The translations under genes and the position numbers were made by a program. The notes beneath the pieces were generated by a model that did no database searches, was not told where the DNA came from, and saw only the letters and a program-made list of their open reading frames with translations. DNA of 63,238 nt, the filler included, from Octopus bimaculoides (lineage: Eukaryota): assembly GCF_001194135.2 (NCBI RefSeq). It is 6 parts of 6 records of this genome, joined end to end, with 100 filler letters (N's around TTAATTAATTAA, not from the genome) between each part and the next. Parts side by side here need not be neighbours in the genome. Positions count along the whole stretch, not along the records: positions 10,059 to 36,190 come from NC_069008.1; 5 more parts are not named here. One strand, given 5' to 3'. The stretch's first letter is position 1. The number at the start of each line of letters is the position of its first letter. Shown here one piece after another: positions 10,717 to 23,301 of the stretch.

Positions 10717-12222
10717 ATGGAAAAGAGTGAAACACTAAAGGAACTGATTTTTCCAGAAGATAAAGAAAAAGGGAGTCGAAAATTGTCACATGACTGTGAT
10801 GTCTGTAAAAAGTCATTCTCTCAAAAGTGTTACTTGACACTACACCAACGTATTCATAGAAAGGGGAAGCCATTTCACTGTGACATCTGTGGTAAATCAT
10901 TCTCTCGAAAAAGTAGCTTGACTACACACAAACCTACTCATACAGGAGAGAAGACTTATGACTGTGAAGTCTGTGGTACATCATTCTCTCAGCAGAGTTC
11001 TTTAGATTCTCACAAGCGTCTCCATACAGGGGAGAAGCCATTTCACTGTGACAACTGTGGTAAATCATTCTCTCATAGTAATAATTTGACTACACACAAA
11101 CGTATTCATACCGGAGAGAAGCCTCATCGCTGTGCTGTCTGTTTTACGTCATTCTCTCAGCGAAGTGGCCTTTATTCGCATATGCGTTTCCATACAGGGG
11201 AGAAACCATTTCACTGTGACATCTGTGGTAAATCATTCTTTCAAAAATGTGACTTGACTAGACACAAGCGTATTCACACGGGAGAGAAGCCTTATCACTG
11301 TGATGTCTGCAGTATGTCATTCTCTGACCGAAGTGCTTTGAGTTATCACATACGTGTTCATACAGGGAAGAAGCCATTTCGCTGTGACATTTGTGGTAAA
11401 TCATTCTCTGTAAGTGGTACATTGACTAGACACATACGTATTCATACTGGAGAGAAGCCATATCACTGTGAGGTCTGTGGTACATCATTCTCTCAGCGAA
11501 GTGCCTTAAAATCTCACAAACGTGTTCATACAGGAGAGAAGCCATTCCACTGTGAATTTTGTGGTAAATCATTCTCTAAAAACATTAGCTTGACTACACA
11601 CAAACGTATTCATACCGGAGAGAAGCCTTATCACTGTGACGTTTGTTTTACATCATTCTCTCATCGAAGTGCTTTTAATTTGCATATGCGTTTCCATACA
11701 GGGGAGAAGCCATTTCACTGTGAAATCTGTGGTAAATCATTCTTTCAGAAAGGTAGCTTGACTACACACAAACGTATTCATACAGGAGACAAGCCTTATC
11801 ACTGTGATGTCTGTAGTATGTTATTCTCTGACCGAAGTGCTTTAAATTATCACATACATGTTCATACAGGGAAGAAGCCATTTCACTGTGACATTTGTGG
11901 TAAATCATTCTCTGGAAGTGGTACATTGACTACACACATACGTATTCATACTGGAGAGAAGCCATATCACTGTGAAGTCTGTGGTAAATCATTCTCTCAG
12001 CGAAGTACCTTAAAATCTCACAAACGTGTTCATACAGGGGAGAAGCCATTCCACTGTGAATTCTGTGGTAAATCATTCTCTCAAAGTAACACCTTGACTA
12101 AACACAAATGTATTAATACCGGAGAGAAACTCCATCCTTCTGTCTGTGGTTGGCCATTCACTCAACATAGCAAAGTAACTTCTCCCAAACATGATCATAA
12201 GGGGAATAAGCAATCTCACTGA
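10717..12222 (+). CDS. C2H2 zinc-finger protein ZF1, 501 aa (15 intact fingers, one lacking the last His, one degenerate C-terminal finger)
   Basis: CxxC-x12-HxxxH repeats with TGEKPY/F linkers; the first in-frame ATG (MEKSE) matches the start of the paralogues, whereas the ORF-track start at 10663 is TTG. Confidence 0.92.
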   Translation: MEKSETLKELIFPEDKEKGSRKLSHDCDVCKKSFSQKCYLTLHQRIHRKGKPFHCDICGKSFSRKSSLTTHKPTHTGEKTYDCEVCGTSFSQQSSLDSHKRLHTGEKPFHCDNCGKSFSHSNNLTTHKRIHTGEKPHRCAVCFTSFSQRSGLYSHMRFHTGEKPFHCDICGKSFFQKCDLTRHKRIHTGEKPYHCDVCSMSFSDRSALSYHIRVHTGKKPFRCDICGKSFSVSGTLTRHIRIHTGEKPYHCEVCGTSFSQRSALKSHKRVHTGEKPFHCEFCGKSFSKNISLTTHKRIHTGEKPYHCDVCFTSFSHRSAFNLHMRFHTGEKPFHCEICGKSFFQKGSLTTHKRIHTGDKPYHCDVCSMLFSDRSALNYHIHVHTGKKPFHCDICGKSFSGSGTLTTHIRIHTGEKPYHCEVCGKSFSQRSTLKSHKRVHTGEKPFHCEFCGKSFSQSNTLTKHKCINTGEKLHPSVCGWPFTQHSKVTSPKHDHKGNKQSH

Positions 12223-12589
12223 TATTTGTGGTAAATCATTCTCCCTAAGTGGTGACCTAACCCTTTACTATGTACTTGATTCTCTCGAATGTGATGTTTA
12301 TTCACATTGTTTTCAATTCGTCATGCATTAACTCACAGCTTTCAAGCGTTGGTGATGTGATTGTCTATTTAGAGAATGACATTGTAGGGAAAGTGTAAGA
12401 GGCAGTGTCTAGCTTGTTTGAACATAAAATAGGTAGAATATTAGATCAAATATGAGTGGTTTAAATGCTGAATGGTTAACACTAGAAGTACCAACATTTC
12501 TTCTTACAAAAACCATCACAGCCATTTTTGACTGTCATTGAAAATTTATACTTGAATACAATTTATTTTAAATATCAGCAAATAGAGTG

Positions 12590-12595
12590 AATAAA
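12590..12595 (+). terminator. Putative poly(A) signal AATAAA (homologues 19202-19207, 21819-21824, 28234-28239; deleted in copy 5)
   Basis: Conserved context GTGAATAAAGGATTT followed by a U-rich stretch in four paralogous 3' UTRs. Confidence 0.55.
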
Positions 12596-13129
12596 GGATT
12601 TGGAAATACAGTCTTTTAGTATTTATTTACTTACAAAAAATGTGTATCTATACATATATGAAATGATGAACATGATTGCTCATTCAATACAGCTATAGAA
12701 ATTAAAAAGTAATAAGCAGAAATGGTGATAAATGACTGCTTGGTACTTCTGGTATTAAATGTGTATCTCTTCATATAGATGTGTGACTATCAATGTGGCA
12801 ATTCATAAGAACAAGAAGCATTTTGAGCTCCTAAATTGCTGGCAGTGTTGTGGGTTTTCTCCATGGCAATAACCAAGCTACTCATCAGGGAATTGTAATT
12901 GTCAAAGTTTCTTCTATGCCAGAAAAGAAAAAAAAAGAATGGACACTCTCTACAACTGTATATATATATTCACACAGGAATTGAGATAGAACAGTGTGTG
13001 ATAACACCCTCCCAACTCTATAGTTTATGTCACTACATTTAAGATAACATTGCTGTGGGATATTTTTTTTAAAACATGCAATTTCTTCCAGATTTTGAAT
13101 CCTGTTATGAAACTCTTAAAACAATAAGC

Positions 13130-13290
13130 ATAGCTGTTTGGTCAGAGGCTTGCTTCCCAACTGCATGGTTCAGGGTTCAGTCTCACTGCATGGCACTTTG
13201 GTCGACTGTCTTCTTCTATAGCCTCAGTCTGACCAAAGCCTAGCGAGTGGATTTAGTTGAGGGAAGCTGAAAGAAACCCATCATTTTTAT
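13130..13290 (+). mobile_element. tRNA-derived SINE downstream of the ZF 3' UTR (orthologous-position copies near 22375, 28665 [interrupted] and 35080)
   Basis: GCTT..TTCCCAA..CATGGTTC.GGGTTCAGTCCCACTGC family; same position in four units. Confidence 0.75.
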
Positions 13291-13972
13291 ATGTAAGAAG
13301 CTTTAAATTTTATCAAATGAGAAAAAAACCCATGAAGCCAAGTTGTGGCTGATGCTGGTGTCATGCAAATGCCACCCCTGGCATTAGCACTTTAGAGCAC
13401 CCATTACACTCGGCATCCAGCCATAGAAAACATGCCAAATGAGACCAATGTTTGAGTAAATAAAATCATAACATAAACAATTAGATGTAAGAAATAATAA
13501 TTTCTTAAAGTATGTGTTAATCCCCAAACTTTGTGGACACCTTGTACATATTGACACATACTTTTTAAAAAAACTTGAAATTTCGAAAAAAAAAATTATG
13601 ATATATGACAATATTTATGAATACGAGCCAACGAAATTTCTTTTGTTTTTCGTATTAAATTCCGATATAATCGTATTCTACATATTCACGAAGGTGGTTG
13701 TAGAAAAATTTCATAGAAAACTTTTTCGTTCGTTCTGAAAATTATTAGAAAACAAAGTTGGCTGTTGTAAATTTCAACTTCCCTCCCGCCTTCGGTAAAA
13801 CGATTTTTTATCACAACAAATTTCAATTCAGTCGTAATCTACAGCATCTGAAGCATATTTGTTGATAATTTCATTAGAAAATATCCATTTTTTTCTGGCG
13901 GTCCAGGTAATCGACTTAGGCCCCTCCCCTGGAATTGCTGGCCTTGTGCCAAAATGTGAAACCAATATTTCA

Positions 13973-14141
13973 TACGCATGCGCACTAACTTTAATTCCGC
14001 CTTCATTCTTGGAGATAAACAAGTCTGATTCCTGTAATTTTCTTGATTAATTACATCCCGAACACATTTATAATACATTTCTCTACCACCTGACATACTT
14101 ATAACAACAACACTATCCTTTATAAAAACATTTCCGTAAGT
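13973..14141 (+). promoter_or_regulatory. Putative promoter and non-coding exon 1 of ZF2
   Basis: NRF1-like TACGCATGCGCA at 13973-13984; donor CC|GTAAGT at 14136-14141; block conserved at 24220-24377 and 30377-30537. Confidence 0.55.
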
Positions 14142-15181
14142 ATTAAACTATGAAAACATTTAATCTTTTAATAGTTTGTGTCTCAGATGTGCTTTGATTT
14201 CTTTGACATTTAGCTGCTATTTCTAGCTATGGAGTTTACCTCCTACACGATCCATCGTTTCCACGTTTGTTTGTGTGTTTTAGTTGGAGAAATATTCTTA
14301 ATTACACTCCAACCACAGAAATGTTGAGAAACCAATGCTTTATTATAATATAGCGAATGTTTCTTTCTTGGGGACGAAATTAGTAAGCGGGGCAAAATGA
14401 GTAATTTCCTATTTGCCTCATCATTTTGTATTGCTATATTATACTTATGAGTAATAATTTGTCAGCATAGCTGTTGAAGGTGCATGACTTCGAAACACAG
14501 TCAGGTAGCTGATCCTCTTTTTTCGACCTGAGTGTAATTGAGATTATTGACAGAACATCTGGAAGAATGTTTGGTTTTTCAAGTTTCACAAAACGACGTC
14601 TAAAATGGGGCAAAATGAGTAATGACTTGTTTTACTAACTTCTCTTTAATATCATGCTGTTAAAAGTGAGAAATGATTAAAATTTTCTGTAAGTAGTTCC
14701 TTGGCTTTGTCACAGACATGTACATTACATCACGAAGAGAGACACACTCCAGCAGATCGTGAAGAAGCTACAAATAATAATTTAAACTTATTTTTGCATT
14801 TCTGATCTTTATGATGTCGAAGGATGTAATTTCTGGATAATTGAAGAAAGAAATCTGCCTTATGTTGTCTTACTCGTTTTGTCTCTTCACATGCTTGAAG
14901 AGAACGGCGATAGTTTCCTGAAATAGTACTCGGATTGTGTTCTAATGTTTTGAATGCATTTAAGGAAGGCTATTTCTTTAGCTGATATATTTTTTGTAAT
15001 CGATCGTAAAATATCCTCATTCTTTCCAGACCCTAACTACGGATCTATTTCCTTAGTGTCTCCGAATTTGATTTCTCATAACTTTCTGAAAGTTGGCAAT
15101 TTTTTCCATGAAATTTTCTGCAAATACACGAGGGAATCCGTTGTAAAAATAAAATTTAAAAAAAAAAGGCAGGGGTCGGAA

Positions 15182-15302
15182 TTCTGTTTTAGGCATAACT
15201 TTTAACCAACCTCACATAACTTTTATTTTGTGGGATTTTCAGAAAATGTTCGCGAATTTGTGTTCTATGCATGGGAATTCATACGATTATGCCAAAACCG
15301 AA
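15182..15302. mobile_element. Small MITE-like insertion in ZF2 intron 1
   Basis: Imperfect terminal inverted repeats TTCTGTTTTAGGCATAA / TTATGCCAAAACCGAA; absent from the homologous region of copy 5 (near 32330). Confidence 0.35.
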
Positions 15303-16099
15303 AAAATATATTTATATGTATTTTTGATGCGTGATTTAAGGGCTGTTATTTTTAGCACATCTCACAACCACCTGATATCCGCTTCGTTTGTTTGTTAAAC
15401 TCTGTCCCCATAAACATATTTAATGATCTGATGCTGAGATTTAAACCAAACATGCGGACTGTTTGTATTTTAAACTGATTTTCAAAAAAAATTTTGAAAA
15501 ATTAACCAAAAATATTTCTTCATAGTCTTGTGATGAAGTGTTTTGCTCAAGAACACAATGCTTTGCCTGGTCTAGGAATCGAAACCACAATCTTACGATC
15601 ATAAGTTCAACACCCTAACCAGTAAACCACGCACTTCCACAAAATATGTCCTTCTCCACCAAGTCAAATGTCTTGCAATGGTCAACATATTCAGCCCAGC
15701 GACCTCTACCAAAAGCTCCACTTGCATTCAATGAGTACACAAAGAACTAGGGTCCTGTCAGAAGTGACCCCTTTGGCATGAACCCTGACTGCTGAGAAGA
15801 AGACAGATGATTCCATGCTCTGTAATGGATGATCCTGGCAAAGACCTTAGTGGGAATTGCGAGGAGTGTAACAGCCCTCTGATTATTGCTGTTGTGGTGG
15901 TCACCTTTACTTTCTGACAGTGGGATAATGATGCCCCCTTTTCCTGTCAGGTGGTATGATACCAAAGGGGTTTGTTAACTCTTATCAACAGAACAGCCCA
16001 ATGTGATAAGGCTGGCCCTTCGAATTGCAGGTAGAATTTGTTTTTGTCAGCTGAGTGAACCAAGAGCAACATGTATTNNNNNNNNNNATATATATATAC

Positions 16100-16258
16100 T
16101 ACACTCTCTGAGTGGTTGGCATTAGGAAGGGCATCCAGCTGTAGAAACTCTGCCAAATTAGATTGGAGCCTGGTGTTGCCATCCGGTTTCACCAGTCCTC
16201 AGTCAAATCGTCCAACCCATGCTAGCATGGAAAGCAGACGTTAAACGATGATGATGAT
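16100..16258 (+). mobile_element. RTE-type LINE/SINE 3' tail with (GAT)n end (other copies near 13340, 43990, 53655, 54120)
   Basis: AGGAAGGGCATCCAGC motif ending ...GACGTTAAACGATGATGATGAT. Confidence 0.7.
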
Positions 16259-16309
16259 ATATAAGTATATTTATATATATAAATATATACACACACATAT
16301 ATATGGTTC

Positions 16310-16416
16310 CAGGTAAGTATTACCTGCAATAGCCTCTGGCTGACCCAAAGCCTTGTCAGTGGATTTGATGGGACAGAAACTGAAAGAAAACCAATATGTG
16401 TGTGTGTGTGTGTTTG

Positions 16417-16449
<33 letters not shown>

Positions 16450-16630
16450 CTGTTTGCCCCCCCCCCTCCCCCAGCAGCATTTAATAACGAGTGTTGGTAT
16501 GTTTATATGCATGTAACATAGCAATTTGGCAAAATGAGACTGACGGAATAAGTACTAGGCTCAAAAAATAAGTCCTAGAATTGATTTGATCAGCTAAGAC
16601 GCTTTAAGGTGATGCTCCAGAATGGTCACA
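16310..16630 (+). mobile_element. SINE body and tail with internal (TG)n/(TA)n
   Basis: GACCCAAAGCCTTGTCAGTGGATTT...ATAAGTACTAGG...ATAAGTCCT...GCTCCAG matches the full copy at 25150-25520. Confidence 0.7.
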
Positions 16631-16781
16631 CTCAAAACAACTAACGCAAGGAAAATAAGATGTGTGTGTGTGTGAATATGTAGGTGGAGTTCAGGAATCT
16701 GTTAGCTTCACACAAGATTTTCACGTGTAAATTTTACTAAATCAAAAAGTTCTGTTGTTCAGGTAAATGTTTATTTCTAGA

Positions 16782-16974
16782 ATTAAACCTTGGGAGAGGC
16801 ATTATGCCGGTAATAAACACATGCACTGGTTCAGTCCTTTATTAATAAATAATAAAGGACTGAACCAGTGCGTGTGTTTATTACCGGCATAATGCCTCTC
16901 CCAAGGTTTAATTGTATTTCTTTCAACACACGTATCCACATCAAGAATCTTGCACACGAAATACACATACGAAA
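16782..16974. mobile_element. 193-bp insertion with a 64-bp-stem hairpin and 12-bp target-site duplication in ZF2 intron 2
   Basis: TSD TTTATTTCTAGA at 16770-16781 and 16975-16986; empty site in copy 4; arms 16781-16844 / 16850-16913 with one mismatch. Confidence 0.9.
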
Positions 16975-17414
16975 TTTATTTCTAGAGTTTATCTCTATGG
17001 AAATGTTGAATCTGTATTTTCTAAGTAGCCTCTATATCTTACACTGTTGTTTCTTTATTATTTCAGAATATCAGATGACATTGGAATAACAGAAGATACA
17101 TTCTCATTATTTATCATCTTTTAAAGACCAAAAGAAGATATTCTACAGAACAGATATATAAGATTGTTTCTATAAGTCTATGGTAGAATTCCTCTGATAT
17201 ATTTACTCTGAAATGTGTTATTAGCAAACTTTGTGGACATCACCTGCTGGAGTGTCTACAAGATGAGTCTGGTTGCAAATTAAACTAAATTTACTACAGA
17301 GTTTTGGGACAAAGGTAACAATGGACAGAAATACAGCTGTTAAAATATTTGTAAACAGAAGATTATTAATGCAAAAAGAAAAACAACATATATCGTGATT
17401 TTCGAAGAAAAATA

Positions 17415-18836
17415 ATGGAAAAGAGTGAGAAACTAAAGGAACGGAATTTTCCAGAAGATAGAGAAAAAGGAAGTCAAAAATTGTCACATGACTGTGATGT
17501 CTGTAAAAAGTCTTTCTCTCGAAAGAATCACTTGACTCTACACCAACGTATTCATAGAATGGAGAAGCCATTTCACTGTGACATCTGTGGTAAATCATTC
17601 TCTCAAAGTAACAACTTGAGTATACACAAATGTATTGATACCGGAGAGAAATCTCATCATTGTGATGTCTGTTTTACATCATTCTCTCAACGAAGTGCTT
17701 TTAATTTGCACATGCGTTTCCATACAGGGGAGAAGCCATTTCACTGTGACATCTGTGGTAAATCATTCTCTCGAAAAGGTAGCTTGGCTACACACATACG
17801 TACTCATACCGGAGAGAAACCTTATCACTGTGATGTCTGCAGTATGTCATTCTCTGACCGAAGTGCTTTGAGTTATCACATACGTGTTCATACAGGGAAG
17901 AAGCCATTTCGCTGTAACATTTGTGGTAAATCATTCTTTGTAAATGCTACATTGACTAGACACATGCGTATACATACTGGAGAGAAGCCATATCACTGTG
18001 AGGTCTGTAGTACATCATTCTCTGACCGTAGTGCCTTAAAATCTCACAAACGTGTTCATACAGGGGAGAAGTCATTTCACTGTGAATTCTGTGGTAAATC
18101 ATTCTCTCAAAGTAACAACTTGAGTATGCACAAACGTATTCATACTGGAAAAGAGCCTTATCGCTGTGATGTTTGTTTCACATCATTCTCTCGTCGAAGT
18201 GCTTTTAATTTGCATATGCGTTTCCATACAGGAGAGAGGCCATTTCATTGTGACATCTGTGATAAATCATTCTTTCAGAAAGGTAGCTTGACTACACACA
18301 AACGTATTCACACCGGAGAGAAGCCTTATCACTGTGATGTCTGTAGTATGTCATTCTCTGACCAAAGTGCTTTAAATTATCACATACGTGTTCATAGAGG
18401 GGAGAAACCATTTGACTGTAAGATTTGTGGTAAATCATTCTTCGTAAATACTACATTGACTACACACTTACGTATTCATACTGGAGAGAAGCCATATCAC
18501 TGTGATATCTGTGGTAAATCATTCTCTCAGCGAAGTGCCTTAAATTCTCACAAACGTATTCATACTGGAGAGAAGCCATATCGCTGTGATGTCTGTGGTA
18601 AATCATTCGCTCAGCAGAGTTCTTTAGATTCTCACAAACGTGTTCATACAGGGGAGAAGCCATTCCACTGTGAATTCTGTGGTAAATCATTCTCTCAAAG
18701 TAATACCTTGAGTTCACACAAATGTATTCATACCGAAGAGAAACTCCATCCTTCTGTCTGTGGTAGGCCATTCACTCAACATAGCAAAGTAACTTCTCCC
18801 AAACATGATCATAAAGGGAATAAGCAATATCACTGA
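17415..18836 (+). CDS. C2H2 zinc-finger protein ZF2, 473 aa (14 intact fingers, finger 2 His>Asp, degenerate C-terminal finger)
   Basis: Uninterrupted finger/linker array; N and C termini nearly identical to ZF1. Confidence 0.92.
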   Translation: MEKSEKLKERNFPEDREKGSQKLSHDCDVCKKSFSRKNHLTLHQRIHRMEKPFHCDICGKSFSQSNNLSIHKCIDTGEKSHHCDVCFTSFSQRSAFNLHMRFHTGEKPFHCDICGKSFSRKGSLATHIRTHTGEKPYHCDVCSMSFSDRSALSYHIRVHTGKKPFRCNICGKSFFVNATLTRHMRIHTGEKPYHCEVCSTSFSDRSALKSHKRVHTGEKSFHCEFCGKSFSQSNNLSMHKRIHTGKEPYRCDVCFTSFSRRSAFNLHMRFHTGERPFHCDICDKSFFQKGSLTTHKRIHTGEKPYHCDVCSMSFSDQSALNYHIRVHRGEKPFDCKICGKSFFVNTTLTTHLRIHTGEKPYHCDICGKSFSQRSALNSHKRIHTGEKPYRCDVCGKSFAQQSSLDSHKRVHTGEKPFHCEFCGKSFSQSNTLSSHKCIHTEEKLHPSVCGRPFTQHSKVTSPKHDHKGNKQYH

Positions 18837-19314
18837 TATTTGTGGTAAACCATTCTCTCTAAGTGGTGACCTAACCTTATGCCATGCAGATAATTCTGTT
18901 GAATGTGATTTTTATTTATTCACATTAGTTTCACTTTGTCATGCATTAACTCACAGCTTTCAAATTTTGATGATATATTGTTTATTTTAAAAATGACACT
19001 GTACTGTAAGAGGTCAACTCTGGCTAGTTTGAGCATTAAATTGGTAGAATAATTAGGCCAAATATGGGTGGTTTTAAATGCTAAAGGGTTAACACTAGAA
19101 GTACCAACATTTCTTCTTACAAATCTCAAAGTGGTCATTTTTGACTGCCATTGAAAATCTTTATTCAATAGAATTTATTTTAAATATGAGCAAATGCAGT
19201 GAATAAAGGATTTGAAAATACAGTCTTTTAGCATTTATTTACATGCAAAAATTATATATCTATACACATATATATGAAATGATGCTCATGATTGCACATT
19301 CAATACAGTTGCAG

Positions 19315-19537
19315 AAATTAAAAAGTAATAAGCAAAAGCGGTGATACATGACAGCTCAGTTATTGCCATGGAAAATGCCCACAACACTCCCACTAATTTA
19401 AGAGGAACTCAAAATGCTTATTGTTCTTATGAATTGTTACATTGATAGACATACATGTATATGAATAGATAAACATTTAGTTAACACAAGTACCGAGCTG
19501 TCATGTATCACCACTTTTGCTTTTTACTTTTTAATTT
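19315..19537. repeat. Inverted duplication in the ZF2 3' flank (43-bp arms around an inverted ~140-bp 3' UTR segment)
   Basis: 19315-19357 vs reverse complement of 19495-19537 is 41/43 identical; the reverse complement of 19358-19537 matches ZF1 12705-12875. Confidence 0.85.
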
Positions 19538-19540
19538 AAT

Positions 19541-19960
19541 TAATCCCCAGTTACCTCTGCCAGGAATCTTACAGTCAGTGGTTCAACCCCACTAAACGTC
19601 TCAAATCTCACAGGAAAGAAAATGTAGTTGGTCGACAGATCGCGGTACTTCAGGATTTTGTTCCGCTCGGCTGCAGAAGCTTCAGATCTTTCCCTGGCCG
19701 CAGCATCCAGGATATGAGAAGTAAAGGAGTCGCTAACTGTGACATCCTCTCAACCTCTGGCATAGGGTGAGGCCGTCAGGTCTTTCTCCATCACATCTGG
19801 ACAACCCAGATAGTACCAAGACAGATAGAACGTTTGCCCCGGCTGAGCTCCTCTTGAGTATAAGGTTTTAGCTCCATGTGACACGCAAAGCGACCATCAT
19901 TCAGGCAGAATGAAAACTGTGGCGGCCTGTGAAGTCGAGGCTTCATTACAGGAAACCCAG
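19541..19960 (-). mobile_element. CRE-clade-like non-LTR retrotransposon, REL endonuclease fragment
   Basis: Minus translations ERPDGLTL and DVTVSDSF..AAERNKILKYRDLSTNYIFFPVRFETF (RPD...D-x-T...K-x-x-KY...P-x-x-x-ET pattern). Confidence 0.7.
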
Positions 19961-19989
19961 TGAAGATAAGTGAAATACTTATGAACTGT

Positions 19990-20178
19990 TTGAATGTGTG
20001 TTCAATACTCCTCTAGGACACAGGCAAGTGAACAAACCAGAAGATTTGTTTGCCACTTTACCTGTAATGAAAGAGGTGAAAATTGATTACATCAACATTA
20101 AAGAAGAACATGTAACACTGGCCATAGATCAGGTTGACACAAAGTCAGCTGCTAGTGCTGATGGATTCTCATCAAAAT
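19990..20178 (+). mobile_element. LINE ORF2 fragment just upstream of RT (CR1/L2/Jockey-like)
   Basis: FNTPL...INIKEEHVTLAIDQVDTKSAASADGF resembles the pre-RT K-S-A-G-P-D-G segment. Confidence 0.55.
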
Positions 20179-20441
20179 GAAAATATTCTACAGAACAGAT
20201 ATATAAGATTGTTTCTGTAAATCTATGGTAGAATTCCTCTGATATATTTACTCTGAAATGTGTTATTAGCAAACTTTCTGGACATCACCGGCTGGAGTGT
20301 CTACAAGATGAGTCTGGTTGCAAATTAAACTTGGATAAATTTACTAAAGAGTTTTGGGACAAAGGTGACACTGGACAGAAATACAGCTGTTAAAATATTT
20401 GTAAACAAAAGATTATAGAAGCTAAAGTTTGTATATTGTGA

Positions 20442-21451
<1,010 letters not shown>

Positions 21452-23162
21452 TATTTGTAGTAAACCCTTCTCTGTAAGTGGTGACTGAGCCCTTTACCAT
21501 GAAGATTAGTCTCTCAAATGTGATGTTTATTTATTCACATTATTTCCAATTTGTCATGCATTAACTCACAGCTTTTAAGTGTTGATGATGCGATTGTGTA
21601 TTTTCAGAATGACATTGCAGGGTAGGTGTAAGAGACCAACTCTGGCTAGTTTCAACATAAAATAGGTAGAATATTTGGGCCAAATATGGTTTAAATGCTG
21701 AAGAGTTAACACTAAAAGTATCAACATTTCTTTCTTCTTACAAGGACCATAACGATAATTTTTGTCTGTCATTGAAAATCTTTAATACAATATATTTTAA
21801 ATATGAGCAAATGCAGTGAATAAAGGATTTAAAAATGCATTCTTTTAGCATTTATTCACATGCGAAAAATATATATCTATAGACACACATATATGAAATG
21901 ATGCTCATGATTGCACATTCAATACAGTTGTAGAAATTAAAAAGTAATAAGCAAAAGTGATGATAAATGACCGTTTGGTACTTCTAACATTAACTAAATG
22001 TGTATCTGTTCATATAGATGTGTGACTATCAATGTGACAATTCATAAGAACTATAAGCATTTTGAGCTCCTCCTAAAATGGTGATAGTGTTGTGGGCTTT
22101 CTCCATGGCAGTAACCAAGCTACTCATCAGAGAATTGTTGTAATTGTTAAAGTTCCTTGTATGCCAAAAAAAGAAAAAAAGTGGGAGACACTCTCTCTAA
22201 GTGTAAATGTATTCACACAGAAATGGAGAAAGAACAGTGTGTGATAACAACCTCCCAACTCTATAGTTTATGTCACCACATCTCAGGTAACGTACCTGTG
22301 GGATATTTTTTTAAAATTAAAGTAATTTCCTCCAGATTTTGAATTTGTTTTGCATGAATTTTATTAAAACCAGTAGGTGTGGCTGTGTGGTAAGGAGCTT
22401 AATTCCCAATTACATCTTTCTAGGATCCGTCCCACTGCATGGCACTTAGGGCAGATCTTTTCTACTATAACCCCAGGTCAAACAAACCCTTGTGAATGGG
22501 TTTGTTAGAGGGAAATTGAAAGAAACCCATCATTTATATATGTAGCAAGTAGATACTGGTTTCATGCAAATGACACCCATGCCAGCATGGATAACAGGCA
22601 TTAAATGATGATGACAATGGGCGTATTTTGGGATTGTCAACATTGATCACATGATTAGGGTTGGACTAAATCCATTCCAAAGATCAAATGGTCTTAACTA
22701 GCCAATCAGTGTTTTAGCAAGTGTTTTTATCCTAAAGCAGAAAAATTCTCTTCTTGCCCACCAAATTGTTATGTAAGGAATGGTTCCTCACTCTTTTGAG
22801 CAGAGAGAAAAAGGGAGAAAGAGATGAGATCAGAACAACCGACGCTGCCCAACACACAGATCCAAGCCATGAACTTGCTACAGAATTTCAACTATGATAC
22901 AACTTCCACTGTTCCAGATAGAGTTCCTTAAAATTTGTCAAACCAGTTACTTCACAATATGTAAGACATTTGCCATGTATTTTTATAAGGGGTTGTAATA
23001 AATAACAGTTGCATTGAATTTACTCGGTTCTTCTTGTCATTCTTTTATCTATGGTAACTCTAGGCACAAAAACTAGACCAGTTAATGTCTAACCAACACA
23101 CAGCTACATCAAGCTGAACCAGCCACGGTTAACTTAAGCAAAGCTCACAACCAATTCTCATC

Positions 23163-23193
<31 letters not shown>

Positions 23194-23301
23194 TATATGT
23201 GTGAGTCTGTGTTTGTTTCCCAGTATTGCTTGGCAACTGATGTTGGTGTTTACAACCCCGGAACTTAGCTGTATATATATATATATATATATAATGCAAG
23301 A

